Shown: positions 7,153-17,566 of the stretch, one piece after another
How the letters are laid out: every line of letters starts with the position of its first letter
How positions within the stretch are numbered: the first letter of the stretch is position 1
Source of the DNA: a virus
Taxonomy: Duplodnaviria > Caudoviricetes
Length of the DNA stretch: 43,337 nt
Strand: one strand, 5' to 3'
IMG/VR virus record: IMGVR_UViG_3300043220_000029
Coordinates: 1 to 43,337 of that record
Position numbers and translations under genes: made by a program
Notes under the pieces: generated by a model
What the model saw: the letters and a program-made list of their open reading frames with translations, nothing else
What the model was told of the DNA's origin: nothing
The model's database searches: none

Positions 7153-9021
7153 CTACCCGCTCTTCACCCGCACTCTGGCCGCATAACAGCGGTACGTAGC
7201 CCCAACTTCCCCACCCCGCTCGGCTCGGTACTCCTTGTCTGCTGATGGTAGCGAAAGCGCACTACTCAGTACTCGTTCGCCGCTTGTGTCAGTACTCGTG
7301 ACCTCCGAGTCAGTCACAACTGAAGCGTCGGTGATGTTGAAGAGGCGAGCGGAGACAGCCTTGCCCGCGTCGCTGGTGGCGATGATAGCCTCGAAGAAGA
7401 ACTGAGCGTTGGTCGGATAGTCGTTCGGGTTGATTAGGGCACGCCAAGTACCAAAGTCTGAGAAGATGACGCCCGTGGTGACGGTTGCGGACCCGAACGC
7501 CTCCAGGCTGACGATGCCCGATGCGGTGAATGCGAGATTAAGTTGGGCTGATCCGAACGCCTCAGCAGAGACGATGCCGTTGGGCGTTAAGCTCTGTGTA
7601 GCGCCGCCGAGTGTGACTGTCGCCGCACCGAACGCTTCCGCGCTGGCGATCCCGCTCGCCGTGAATGCTAGGTTTAGCTGAGCGGAGCCGAAGGCTTCTG
7701 CGGACGCGATACCTGCGCCTGTGATGAGCGCAGCCACCGACGCTGAGCCGAACGCTTCGGCGCTGGCGATACCTGTGGCGGTGAAGGCGAGATTCAGTTG
7801 TGCCGCGCCGAAGGCCTCGGCGGACGCAATGCCTGACGGGCTAATGGTCTGCCCGCCCGCCGCCGTGATCTCTACCGAGTTGACCTTGTTGACGAAGAGA
7901 ACGTTGTCGTCATCGTTGAAGAAGACAGGCGCGAAGCGACTCTCAGTACCTGACGTGGAGTGCCCTGCGTTGATGGATCGCTCATCGTCCGCTGCGCCCT
8001 CCTGGTACGCCGCCTGCGCCCCCCAGGTGCCCCCGCCATCACCGGATTTCTTGTAGAACGCCGTGAGGGTAGCTTGCCAAGTCTCGCTCCCATCCTCGTT
8101 GCCCAGATAGCCGCAGTAGAGGTCGTCATTATTCTGGTCGATGAAGAGAGCACAACACACACAGTCATCTGAGTTCGTGACCACATCCGCCTTCGCCGTA
8201 ATCGTAGGCGTAGCTAGGGTGATGTCCCATACCCTCAGGTCGGCTGTAACCGAGTCGAGTTCGCTCCAAGCAGCGACGATGATGTGCCCATCCGAATGAC
8301 GGACGACGGCATTCATCTGAAGAATATCGCTTGAGCTAGTCATGCTGCCGGAGATAGATGTCTCACCCCAAGTGTTCGCCGAATCGTCGTACTTCTTGAT
8401 GCTGAGCTCAGAAGCACTCCTATCCCAGTAGACCATCACAATGTCCTGATTATCGGCCGAATCATCGTCGGGGAGGCACAGAACCTCATCTACGGTATCG
8501 TCATCTGCCCCATCTGTTCGGCTCGTCCAGTTGGCTCCAGCATCGACCGAACGATAGAAGCCTCGTTCGCCAACGTTATCTCCCCAAAACTGGACGTAGA
8601 GATTTCCGCCGACCGCCTTGACGCCACTAGCCATCTTCGTATTTCTGATACCTGCACCGAAGCTGGCACCAGCAAAGACGGTACGCAATGTCCCCAACGA
8701 GTCGCCCGATGTATCAAGACTCCGGTAGAGAACATCGTCAATGTTAAAATCGAGCCACCAGATATGGATGACCGTGCCACTATCGCCTGGAGTCCATTTG
8801 TCAAACCAGACATCTAGATGGGAAGCAGAAATAGCACCGCCTACATCCACCGCCGCTGCCCAGTTAGCGCCACCATCAGTCGTCTTCCTGTACTTCACAT
8901 CGAACGAACTATCAATGAAGAAGAAGTATCCCGTATCCTTATCAGTCCAGACGGGTCCCACGCGGCTCAGCCACCGCGCTAAATTAGTATAGGGCGTTGT
9001 GTCTACGGTTACATCAGCCAT
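7153..9021 (-). CDS. Tail fibre/receptor-binding protein with Asp-box (BNR/sialidase-like) propeller and repeat stalk
   Basis: Asp-boxes TTDGGANW, SVDAGANW and SGDGGGTW; six GI(A/V)S(A/L)EAFG repeats. Confidence 0.7.
   Translation of the reverse strand: MADVTVDTTPYTNLARWLSRVGPVWTDKDTGYFFFIDSSFDVKYRKTTDGGANWAAAVDVGGAISASHLDVWFDKWTPGDSGTVIHIWWLDFNIDDVLYRSLDTSGDSLGTLRTVFAGASFGAGIRNTKMASGVKAVGGNLYVQFWGDNVGERGFYRSVDAGANWTSRTDGADDDTVDEVLCLPDDDSADNQDIVMVYWDRSASELSIKKYDDSANTWGETSISGSMTSSSDILQMNAVVRHSDGHIIVAAWSELDSVTADLRVWDITLATPTITAKADVVTNSDDCVCCALFIDQNNDDLYCGYLGNEDGSETWQATLTAFYKKSGDGGGTWGAQAAYQEGAADDERSINAGHSTSGTESRFAPVFFNDDDNVLFVNKVNSVEITAAGGQTISPSGIASAEAFGAAQLNLAFTATGIASAEAFGSASVAALITGAGIASAEAFGSAQLNLAFTASGIASAEAFGAATVTLGGATQSLTPNGIVSAEAFGSAQLNLAFTASGIVSLEAFGSATVTTGVIFSDFGTWRALINPNDYPTNAQFFFEAIIATSDAGKAVSARLFNITDASVVTDSEVTSTDTSGERVLSSALSLPSADKEYRAERGGEVGATYRCYAARVRVKSG
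7475..7850 (-). repeat. Six intragenic ~20-aa (60-nt) repeats
   Basis: GIASAEAFG...QLNLAFTA units; codons diverged between copies. Confidence 0.85.
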
Positions 9022-9322
9022 CAGGACTCACTAGCTCTGCGAGTGCGGTTGTCGGCGTCCGCCCATCGGCCTCTGCCGAGATGAGCGCCGCCCGCAACTG
9101 CGCCGACCAGTCCAGCGCCGCCCGGTTGCGCTCGGCCTCAGGCTTCAGCAGCTCTTCGGCCTCTGCTGCGTCCAGGTGCTTGACGAAATGCGCCGTGAGG
9201 TGCGCGAGCAGGGCGCTCACAAACGGGTCGAAGCCGTCCTTTACCGCTTGGACGTTCGCTCGTGAGCCACTAGCCACTGCGGCATCGATCAGGGCTTCGT
9301 AGTCGGTGACAGGATTTGGCAT
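9014..9322 (-). CDS. Hypothetical protein (tail module)
   Basis: Tightly packed ORF with purine-rich RBS. Confidence 0.65.
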   Translation of the reverse strand: MPNPVTDYEALIDAAVASGSRANVQAVKDGFDPFVSALLAHLTAHFVKHLDAAEAEELLKPEAERNRAALDWSAQLRAALISAEADGRTPTTALAELVSPDG

Positions 9323-9325
9323 AGG

Positions 9326-9535
9326 CTATCCCCCGTTCTGCGACTCCGCGCCTTCCCCTACGCGCTGTGGTGGAATCGTGGATGGGTTGTCGATGATCTC
9401 CTGTTGCCGGGCCTTCCAATGCACGTCGGCCTCCTGGCGGAGCGCGATCCTCCGTTCCCCCTTGACCGCGATCTCATCGCCGAGCTTGATGATCTCGGCC
9501 TCGATCTGCTCAACCGTTCTCGTCTTGGTTGCCAT
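9326..9535 (-). CDS. Hypothetical coiled-coil protein
   Basis: AAAGGAG RBS before MATKTRT. Confidence 0.6.
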   Translation of the reverse strand: MATKTRTVEQIEAEIIKLGDEIAVKGERRIALRQEADVHWKARQQEIIDNPSTIPPQRVGEGAESQNGG

Positions 9536-9926
9536 GCGTGGTAGCTCCTTTCTGAGTAGTGACCGTTGGTGCTCCGAACTGCTCGTGTCCTTGCGACCGT
9601 TCATGCACACCAGCGCCGAGGTACTTCCGTAGCGTCGGGTCGTGCGTCGCGTCGATCGCGGCCTGCTTCTGGATGTCCGGGTTGTCCGTGAGGCCGAGCG
9701 GCGCTCCAGTCTTGATGAGAAGCGCCTGGTCGAACGTGATCTGCTCGTGCTTGGCGATCTCCTCGGCCTTCCGGGCCTTGAGTCTCAGCGCCGTGGAGAG
9801 ATCGAGTGCGACGTTCCACGGCATCCGCAACGCCCGGCCATCGATGATGAGGTGAACCTCCGACCCTTCCTGGTGGATGCGAACCTTCTTCATCTCATCG
9901 GCGAGCCCGGTCAGTTTCCTGGTCAT
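9510..9926 (-). CDS. Hypothetical protein
   Basis: Start overlaps the upstream stop (TAATG). Confidence 0.65.
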   Translation of the reverse strand: MTRKLTGLADEMKKVRIHQEGSEVHLIIDGRALRMPWNVALDLSTALRLKARKAEEIAKHEQITFDQALLIKTGAPLGLTDNPDIQKQAAIDATHDPTLRKYLGAGVHERSQGHEQFGAPTVTTQKGATTHGNQDENG

Positions 9927-10351
9927 TAGAGCTTGAAAATCTTGTTGGCGCCGTTGTCCCAGGCGATGGTGATGTCACCACCGTTGGGCGTCACCGGTAG
10001 GCCCGTGGTCGCCGAGTCGAGCGCGAAGATCAACGCCTGCGTTGAGTCGGTGCCCGTCTCGTACCAGCAGATGACGTAGTCGGCGGCATCACCTGTGACG
10101 GACGAGAGCGTGACGTCGTCGGCGTCAGCGACGCCCGTACCGTCCTTGGTTAGGCTCGTCATGTTGCCAGACTCGGCAGCGGCGCTAACCAGCCCCGCTA
10201 CCAGGTCATCCCAGAAGTCGTTGACGGCGAGATCGAACGTGACGTCCGTGTCGTCCACCAGACCAACACGGCGAGCATCAGCGTCCCAATCATGCCCGGT
10301 AACTGCTCCCAGGAACCCGTCTCTACCTGCATCGAATAGTGCGTTGGCCAT
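9926..10351 (-). CDS. Probable minor tail/structural protein
   Basis: MANALFD.GR..FL...DW and GLPVTPNGGDITIAWDNGANKIFKL, typical of small phage tail proteins; GAGGAG RBS. Confidence 0.7.
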   Translation of the reverse strand: MANALFDAGRDGFLGAVTGHDWDADARRVGLVDDTDVTFDLAVNDFWDDLVAGLVSAAAESGNMTSLTKDGTGVADADDVTLSSVTGDAADYVICWYETGTDSTQALIFALDSATTGLPVTPNGGDITIAWDNGANKIFKL

Positions 10352-10366
10352 GTGTCGTGCTCCTCT

Positions 10367-13300
10367 CTATGGTGTGACTGGCGCACCGTCGATATCGGTG
10401 CCCAACGGTATATATATCACAAACGGCACCGCTCCATCCGACCGTGATGTCAGCGCAATGGTCCCGCTTGCATCCGGCCACGTCAGTTCGCGTGTGTTCC
10501 CTGCCGCAACCTGGTCCAACTGGAAGGTGCCGACCTTAGTGTTATCGGTCGCATCGAAGACCTTGAGCGCGTTGTCGGGGAACTCCGTCTCGGATGAGGA
10601 AGCGCCTCCCCTGGCTCCTAGGAGGTCTCCCCGGCGTAGGTCTACGACAGAGCCAAAGGCCCAGCTACCCGCTTGTTTCTGTATGGTCAGCCTAGCGATG
10701 AGAAACGCTGTTGAGGATTCGAGGTCGAACTCGCGGGGGAGGTCGAAGTTATCGAAGGCCGAGATGTCTTGCTCTGCACTGGCCTGAGTGTTGTAGAAGC
10801 CGGCAGGCAGGTTGATCATGACGGGCTCGTATGTACCCGACTTGTTCGCCACGCCCCAGATGACGAGGTTGAACCACTTGTTGTTGCCGATGGTATTCCC
10901 GCCGGAGTCGTCTACGATGTCAAACAGGTTGTTGAGGGCGTGAAAGGCGTCCCCGTTCCAGTTAGTGACGAGAGCTACATCGCCTGCGCCACCGGGGTCG
11001 GTGTTCACAGCAGGTGAGGAGTGCGGGTGCATCTGATGGATGATCCCTGAGGTGGCTTTGTAATAAACGGTTGCACCGGCGATTGTCAGGTAGCTCGTCG
11101 TGCCGTTGGGGTCGATACCGCTGAAGTAGCGCGCGCTGGTCAGACGCTCACGCTCAGCCATGTGGGCCATGTGCCCCATATTGTCCGTCCCCATCTGGTG
11201 ATCGTTCCACTGCTGCTGGATATAGGGGCCGTTGTTCGAGACGAACGTGGCTGAGGGGATGAGATAGTAACCCACCTTGATATGCTCAGTGGCAGGCCAT
11301 TGAGACGTGGACTTGGTAAGCACCTTCGTAGCTATTGGGATGTAGATGTAGTTTGCTTGGGGTGAGGCGTCACTGTCGACCGTCAGGGCAATGGTCGCCG
11401 CCGGGGTGGTATCCAGGATAAACAGCCCGGTGCTGAAGAGCATCGTGAGGTCGCCACCATCCTCCTGTTGGAGGGAGAGTGTGACTACACCGCCAGCCTC
11501 GCTAATATCGGCGTCTAGGGTCTCAAGGAATGTCCCGTTGTAGAAATCCTGGAAGATATCCGTGTTGGCAAGTACGGCCGTCTCTTCAGCGATAGAGACG
11601 ATGTCGCCGCTGGAGATGACGACGATGCCCAGCGGGATACTCCCCAGTGAGTAGCCTACAACGTTGTGGCTAACAGTCGTGCCGACAACCTCAACGTAGC
11701 TGGTGTCGTCGTCAGCCAGGGTCAAGGTGCTGGCTGAGATGGAGTTGATCACGTTGTCTTCGCGGGTGATGAAGTCCCTCCAGCCGATGTCCAGGCCACC
11801 AGCGTCGTAGAGGATGCCATCAACCGTATCGGCAGGACTACCGTCCGTATCCGCCGCAGTGCTAGGCGGAATGAACAGGTTGTTCGCTCCGTTCGTCACC
11901 TTGTAGAGCACGTTGCCGACTGGTGTGTTTGGCCCGAAGATGCTTCGCTCTACGTAGTCGGCAATGACCGAGAAACCTCCCTGGCTCTCTATACTCCCCC
12001 CATCCGTATTGTCGTCATGACCGAACGTGTTGTGGGCAACGGTCACGCCCCGTATTTCACGGCTCGAAGCGCCAAGCAGCTTGATGTACGCTGTCGTTGC
12101 GTCAACGGCACTGCCGAAATCTCCTGCGAAGATGTTGCCCGTGATGTTGATCCTTGAGAACTGGCGCAGGGCCGCCGTCGCGTCAAACCGGATCATCGCA
12201 TTGGCGCTCAATACCTGGACTGCAAACACGTTGTTTTCGATTGCTAGGTTGAAAATGCGTAATCCTGCCGTATCCAGAATCGCGTCTCTTGCCGCCGTCG
12301 TAAAGATGTTGCCGATGATCCGTCCATCACGTACATCGCCGAGCGTGATGGAGCTATCAATGACGCAATGCTCGATGCCAAAGTGGCTGATGAAGCCGCC
12401 ACCACTTAGGTCGATCAGGCAGTTTGCATCGAACCAGCAGTGACGAAACACTAGCTTTTCAGGATTCGGGCTCACGATGGTAATGTCATTCCAGAAGTCA
12501 CACGCCGCCGCCTCAAAGAGGTCAGGCCCGGCAAGGTCTACGGTTCCCTCAAATCGGCAGCGTTCCGCACGGGCGTTGAGCGCGGAGCCAGTGACGGAGA
12601 AGCTAGGGCTGCCACTGAGAACAAGGTCGCGCAATTCCATGGCAAACGGAGCCCCGCCCGCTGATGTGAGGGAATTAGCGCCGCTAATGATCACGCTTCC
12701 ACGTTGAGAAGAAAGGTTAGTACGGACGATGCCCCCGCCGCCTATGCCGATGAGTGAGATGCCACGGACATTACTGACAGCGTCGGAAGGCCAACTTAGA
12801 GACTCAGGATAAGTCCCGGGGCAGATCACAACCATGTACCACTTGTCCTGGTTGTCGGACTCGATATCATTGAGTGGGGCCTGAATCGTGCTGTAGAACT
12901 TGATCGAGCCGCCCCCGGTAGTGGGAATCGATGCCCCCTCCGCTCCCGGCCAGTCAGCGTCAACAATGTAGTCGTAGCAGATGGCTCCGGCCGCATCGAC
13001 GGTGAATAGCCTGTTGTTCGGCCAACTCCCCCGCGTTACTTGCATCCCGTGACGGAAGTTGATTCCGTAGCCGAAGCCCTGATCGGTGCCAGAATCCTGC
13101 ACCCGAATCGACTCCATGTGGTGGTGGCCGTCGCGAGGCTTCAGTCGTAGGGCGTTCTTGGGTCGCCCTGCTTCGAGCCGCTCGATCTGCGTTCGCACCA
13201 CATCGTTGACCGCCGCCTGAATCGCGAGCTCGCCCTGCAACGTCTCGAAGTCGCGGTGCGCCTGCTCAATCTGCGAGAGCGCCTGCTGTAGGTCGTACTG

Positions 13301-13369
13301 TGGCGCGGCGAGCCGCTGCTCAACAGTTTGCTTCGCCCTCGTCTTTCTCGTCCTTGCCCTCTTCGCCAT
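10367..13369 (-). CDS. Tailspike with predicted right-handed beta-helix (pectin-lyase-like) domain
   Basis: STIQAPL...VVICPGTYPE entry motif followed by repeated I.GNIF/IENNVF/AHNTF rungs; N-terminal coiled coil; start overlaps the upstream stop. Confidence 0.7.
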   Translation of the reverse strand: MAKRARTRKTRAKQTVEQRLAAPQYDLQQALSQIEQAHRDFETLQGELAIQAAVNDVVRTQIERLEAGRPKNALRLKPRDGHHHMESIRVQDSGTDQGFGYGINFRHGMQVTRGSWPNNRLFTVDAAGAICYDYIVDADWPGAEGASIPTTGGGSIKFYSTIQAPLNDIESDNQDKWYMVVICPGTYPESLSWPSDAVSNVRGISLIGIGGGGIVRTNLSSQRGSVIISGANSLTSAGGAPFAMELRDLVLSGSPSFSVTGSALNARAERCRFEGTVDLAGPDLFEAAACDFWNDITIVSPNPEKLVFRHCWFDANCLIDLSGGGFISHFGIEHCVIDSSITLGDVRDGRIIGNIFTTAARDAILDTAGLRIFNLAIENNVFAVQVLSANAMIRFDATAALRQFSRINITGNIFAGDFGSAVDATTAYIKLLGASSREIRGVTVAHNTFGHDDNTDGGSIESQGGFSVIADYVERSIFGPNTPVGNVLYKVTNGANNLFIPPSTAADTDGSPADTVDGILYDAGGLDIGWRDFITREDNVINSISASTLTLADDDTSYVEVVGTTVSHNVVGYSLGSIPLGIVVISSGDIVSIAEETAVLANTDIFQDFYNGTFLETLDADISEAGGVVTLSLQQEDGGDLTMLFSTGLFILDTTPAATIALTVDSDASPQANYIYIPIATKVLTKSTSQWPATEHIKVGYYLIPSATFVSNNGPYIQQQWNDHQMGTDNMGHMAHMAERERLTSARYFSGIDPNGTTSYLTIAGATVYYKATSGIIHQMHPHSSPAVNTDPGGAGDVALVTNWNGDAFHALNNLFDIVDDSGGNTIGNNKWFNLVIWGVANKSGTYEPVMINLPAGFYNTQASAEQDISAFDNFDLPREFDLESSTAFLIARLTIQKQAGSWAFGSVVDLRRGDLLGARGGASSSETEFPDNALKVFDATDNTKVGTFQLDQVAAGNTRELTWPDASGTIALTSRSDGAVPFVIYIPLGTDIDGAPVTP

Positions 13370-15306
13370 CAGAGCACCCACCGCTGGATGTAGACCTCCA
13401 GGCTGTACTCCGCCCCGCCGCTGCCGCCGGAGACCACCCGCTCCTGCACGTCGTGGATGTAGCCGGTGAACGTCGCGTTGATGCCCGGCTCCTTCACTGT
13501 CACGGACGCGCCGCTCTTGAGGTTCCGTAGCGCCTTCAGCGTGCCGGGGATGCCGGAGCTACGGCCTCTCGCCTGGCCGCTGGTAAGCGGCAGCACACAG
13601 CGATAGACCGTCGGCGTCACGACACGGATGCCGAACGAGCGCAGTCGCGGGTCCTCCGTCGCCTCTGCGAACGTGCCGGTGTCCATCTCGATAGCCGGGT
13701 GCAGGCTGATGAAGGTGTCGTTGGTGCCCGGCGTCGCAGAGTGCTCCGAGCGTCCGTTGCCGGAGGTTCGGTCGCTGCCGATCTGCGTCGGGGTGGTCGA
13801 GCGGTCGCGGTAGACGATGGCGCGCGCCGCGAAAGCGGAAGCGAAGTCATCCCAGTTCTGCCACATCATGCGGACCTGCTTCGTCACCTCCGGCTCGCCG
13901 AAGTCCGTCTCCGGCATGATCAGCACCCCGACCTCATCGTCGCCGCCGTGGTTCGTGCCGCTCGCAGTCACGCGCCGTAACGAGCCGTCCTGCTGGAGAT
14001 CGATTCGGTAGAGGTCGCCGTTGGTATCGAGCACGTAGAGGATGGGTGCTGTGGAGGTCGGAACGATGACGCAGCGGTTGATCGCCAGCAGATCGGTGCC
14101 CTGAGCGCTGAAGAGGTTGCTCGTCCAGCGAATGCGGTCGCCCTCTAGCCGCCCCGCCCAGAGGCCCGACGTTGCCTCTGTCGCGTACACCCACTGCCCC
14201 CACGACGCCACGGAGAGCCAGCGGCCGTAGAAGGCGGGGACAAGGCCAGACACAGGCCCAGCGCTAGACGTGGAGTCGAAGTTGAGCCCGCTGAAGTCGG
14301 GATTGGAGACAGGATCGATTGGCCTCGCAAATTCGCCGCGACCAGTGACGCGCCAGAGTCCACTTGAATGCGTCCACAGATACATTTCACCGATACTGCC
14401 GCTGTTCGAGCCGTCCTCGCCGGTGTAGCCCGAGAGGAAGCCCGACTTACCTACGAAGTCCATCACCGGGAAGGCGTTGCCGCCGCCGTCCTCGGAGAAG
14501 AGCCAAGGCGAATCAGGCTTCGCGATGTACATCAAGCCACCGATAGACGTTAGGTCGGTGATCGGCAGCGAGGTGTCGCCTACCTCGAAGGATGAGCCGA
14601 ATGTGATCGCGTCGGCGCTTCCACTCACACGGCAGGACGCTACGCCCGACGCTGGGGCGTCGCCGGCATCGTTGTTGTGAGAGCGCCAGAGCTCGGCCAC
14701 CCCTTCGAGATTCAGCGTTGCAAAATGCGTCGCAAAGCGACTACCTGTTGGACTGCCGCCTGTCTCAGCCGTCCTGCGCGTGTCGCCGGAGACGTCCCCA
14801 ACCCCGACTACCGTGAGCGTCACCCACTGGACGGTATCACCAAGCGGGATTCTCCAGAACCCCTCGAACAGCACGGGGTGGCCGGCGACAGCTCCGGCCC
14901 CGAAGTCCACGACGGAGCCTTGAAGAGCGTCGTTGGCGAGCGCGACCTTCGCCATGAAGCGTCCTGAGAACACGTAGACGTACTCAGCACCCCCCGAATC
15001 CTCCGCAACGAACATGTACGTCGGACTGGAGCCCAGCGGGTTAGTGAGCGCCGTCTTCGTGCGAATCGGCAGCAGGCGGGCATAAGGATGCGTGCTCGCG
15101 TCGATGTTGACGGCAGCATAGATCTGATCGCGCCGCGTCGTCAGCCCTTCGCTGAAGTAGCCGACGCCGCCGTTGAAGCCTACGTTGTAGAGCCGCTCCA
15201 ACGGCCGCGCCTCCGCAACCGTATCCCACGCGGAGCAGGCATAATTCTTGCCGTTGATGCCGATCTGGAAGGGCTTAGCGGCAGGGCTTCGTGTGCCGAG
15301 CGCCAC
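13369..15306 (-). CDS. Probable tail nozzle / tail tubular protein B-like
   Basis: 645 aa beta-rich protein after the adaptor; C-terminal TDFGEPEVTKQVR motif typical of podovirus nozzles. Confidence 0.55.
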   Translation of the reverse strand: MALGTRSPAAKPFQIGINGKNYACSAWDTVAEARPLERLYNVGFNGGVGYFSEGLTTRRDQIYAAVNIDASTHPYARLLPIRTKTALTNPLGSSPTYMFVAEDSGGAEYVYVFSGRFMAKVALANDALQGSVVDFGAGAVAGHPVLFEGFWRIPLGDTVQWVTLTVVGVGDVSGDTRRTAETGGSPTGSRFATHFATLNLEGVAELWRSHNNDAGDAPASGVASCRVSGSADAITFGSSFEVGDTSLPITDLTSIGGLMYIAKPDSPWLFSEDGGGNAFPVMDFVGKSGFLSGYTGEDGSNSGSIGEMYLWTHSSGLWRVTGRGEFARPIDPVSNPDFSGLNFDSTSSAGPVSGLVPAFYGRWLSVASWGQWVYATEATSGLWAGRLEGDRIRWTSNLFSAQGTDLLAINRCVIVPTSTAPILYVLDTNGDLYRIDLQQDGSLRRVTASGTNHGGDDEVGVLIMPETDFGEPEVTKQVRMMWQNWDDFASAFAARAIVYRDRSTTPTQIGSDRTSGNGRSEHSATPGTNDTFISLHPAIEMDTGTFAEATEDPRLRSFGIRVVTPTVYRCVLPLTSGQARGRSSGIPGTLKALRNLKSGASVTVKEPGINATFTGYIHDVQERVVSGGSGGAEYSLEVYIQRWVL

Positions 15307-15308
15307 GG

Positions 15309-16799
15309 CTACACCACCACAAGCGGATTAGGATTGATCCTCAGTTCGCGGATGATGTAGCCCTTGAATCGCCCGCGTGCCGCCGCTCGCCTCGACCAGA
15401 CAGCGTGATCGCGATCCTCGCCGGGCCAATCGCTTAGGATGTTCGCGATGATCCTGGCCTTCGCGTACTCGCGGTCTATCGGCGTGGAGTCGGAGTTCAC
15501 CGTGACATCATCGAAGGGACGCCGGCAAACGAAGTAGACCGGCCTGGAGCCGCTGGGGTCCAGGAAGACTCGGAACGGGTTAACTGCCCGATCCTCTCTG
15601 ATGAAGTCCGGCGACGGCTCGAATCGTGGCGCCGCGCCCAGAGCGACAAAGGAGTTCGCGTCCTCGCTCGCTCGGCCCAGCTCCAGGTAGCACGCCTCGA
15701 TGAACTGCGATTCGTCTACAAACCAGGAAGGCAGCACGTAGGTACGTTTCGCCTGCACGGCAATGTGCGGCGAGACGTAGAAGTCGTCGGAGGCCGCCGT
15801 CGAGATGAACCGCATCCTCATCTGCTTGCAGTCGGCAGGCACGTTCACGTTGAACCGCACCTCCGTCCAAGCAAGCTCGTCTATCGTCACGGGCGAAGGC
15901 GATACATCCTCGCTCGCCGTCGCGTTGCGGAGCACGACGCTCACGGAGCCCACCGCCGCCCGCACGAACACCGAGACCAAGAGCGGCTCGCCTTCATGGA
16001 CATCGAATGCCTTGGACTCAAAGCCCTCAGTCGCAGCGTCAGCTACCGTGTGTATCGCTTTCTCACCAAAGAAGACGTTGGCCGCGCCCGTGACGAACTC
16101 TGGTACTGTGCTGGGCGTGCCTACCGTGTCCCAGTTGTCGCTCACCGTGGAGGACGCCAAGAAGTCGGCATCGCCAACGAGCGAGGGGAACCAGAGGCTT
16201 AGTGCCAGCGTGTCCCGTAGCAGCGCAGAGAGATACTCGTTCAGCACCTCTGGGCCGAGCCCCAGCGGATACATGAGGTAGGGCGCCCCAGCCACTACAG
16301 CAGCGACCGTTGGCGAAAAGGTCAGCGTATCCGTGCTGATGTTGAAGCCGGCATCATCGACGCCTACCCGCCCCGGTAACTGCTGAACAGTCCCGCCCGT
16401 CCCGCCGTCCGTAACTTCAATCGGAATCGTGAACGTCGTGTCGGCGGTAACGATAACCACGTGCTCACCGTTGATGTCAGGCGTGACGCTCGTGTGGCCA
16501 GAGATGACAACGCTATCGCCGGTCGTGAGTCCGTGGTTCGTCGCCGTCGTGATCACGGTCGGATCAGCGACCGAGGAAGTGCTAATCGTGACGGAGGCTA
16601 CTTGATCCGTCAGCTCGATAAGCCGCGCATCGTAGCGATTCGCCTCCATCGTGCCCCTGCCAAGCTTGGCGTCGATGAGCGTAGTTGTAGTACCGAGAGC
16701 AGTGGCGCTGAGCGGCACAGGGAGCGCCGCCAGCACCTCATCCTTTTTCGCCAGCACGCGCACCACGTCTTGCTTGATCAGCAGGCGGGTCGTAGCCAC
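15309..16799 (-). CDS. Probable head-tail adaptor with inserted beta-barrel and carbohydrate-binding-like domains
   Basis: Position after the capsid genes; TTATNHGLTTGDSVVISG...INGEH insertion; GGAGG RBS before GTG. Confidence 0.5.
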   Translation of the reverse strand: MATTRLLIKQDVVRVLAKKDEVLAALPVPLSATALGTTTTLIDAKLGRGTMEANRYDARLIELTDQVASVTISTSSVADPTVITTATNHGLTTGDSVVISGHTSVTPDINGEHVVIVTADTTFTIPIEVTDGGTGGTVQQLPGRVGVDDAGFNISTDTLTFSPTVAAVVAGAPYLMYPLGLGPEVLNEYLSALLRDTLALSLWFPSLVGDADFLASSTVSDNWDTVGTPSTVPEFVTGAANVFFGEKAIHTVADAATEGFESKAFDVHEGEPLLVSVFVRAAVGSVSVVLRNATASEDVSPSPVTIDELAWTEVRFNVNVPADCKQMRMRFISTAASDDFYVSPHIAVQAKRTYVLPSWFVDESQFIEACYLELGRASEDANSFVALGAAPRFEPSPDFIREDRAVNPFRVFLDPSGSRPVYFVCRRPFDDVTVNSDSTPIDREYAKARIIANILSDWPGEDRDHAVWSRRAAARGRFKGYIIRELRINPNPLVVV

Positions 16800-16840
16800 T
16801 TACTTCCTCCGTGGCTTCCTGCGTTTGTAGTTTCGTGCAG

Positions 16841-17458
16841 CTATGCCGGTTCCTCTGTCCACTGGAAGAAGCCGAATCCTACGGAAACCGCTAGGGTGTA
16901 GATTGCGGCGAACGTGCCAGGCGGCAAGACGTAGCGCCCGTCTAGGTCAATGCCAACTTGGTGCGGCGATGTCGGCAAGGCGGCACTCGCGTTGGCTCCA
17001 CTGAACAGTTCCAGCAACGTCGGCGTCGGGATTGTTGCCGCTCCGTCCAACTTCGTCGTCGCTGCATGCCCTGACGCGCCGAGACGCGTGGAGCGAATAG
17101 CTGCGGCTGCGATGGGGGTGGTGTGGGTAACTGTACCCACTCCGCCCATCAGGCCAACAGTTGGGATGGCTGCTGGGGCGACAGAAAGTCCGAAGCCAGC
17201 CCTCAGCAGCACGAGGTCTACGTTGCTACCTGCGTCGTTGGCAATGACAAGCCCCGTGTAGGTCGTAGCCAGTGCGACTGTCGTGGTGACTGCGGCCTGG
17301 TTGGAGACTGTGAAAATCTTGCCACGAGATGCCCTCTCGTAATAAGGGCCATTGAGCTGCGAGACGATAAGTTCTCCGGCACGCCCTTGGCGGAAGGTGG
17401 CGTCTTCACCGTCACCCAGTTCACTAGGGCCAACTCGGCCTGTAATTTCGACTGACAT
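16841..17458 (-). CDS. Probable virion structural protein
   Basis: AAAGGAG RBS before MSVEITG; Ala/Thr/Gly/Val-rich. Confidence 0.55.
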   Translation of the reverse strand: MSVEITGRVGPSELGDGEDATFRQGRAGELIVSQLNGPYYERASRGKIFTVSNQAAVTTTVALATTYTGLVIANDAGSNVDLVLLRAGFGLSVAPAAIPTVGLMGGVGTVTHTTPIAAAAIRSTRLGASGHAATTKLDGAATIPTPTLLELFSGANASAALPTSPHQVGIDLDGRYVLPPGTFAAIYTLAVSVGFGFFQWTEEPA

Positions 17459-17566
17459 TTGCTCTTCTCCTTTGCTATTCCGTATTACGCGACGCCCCTT
17501 CACTGGCATCAGGGAGAGCGTGGCGATGGCCTGCTGCCCCTCTATGTCGTGTGTTTCATCTCGCAT

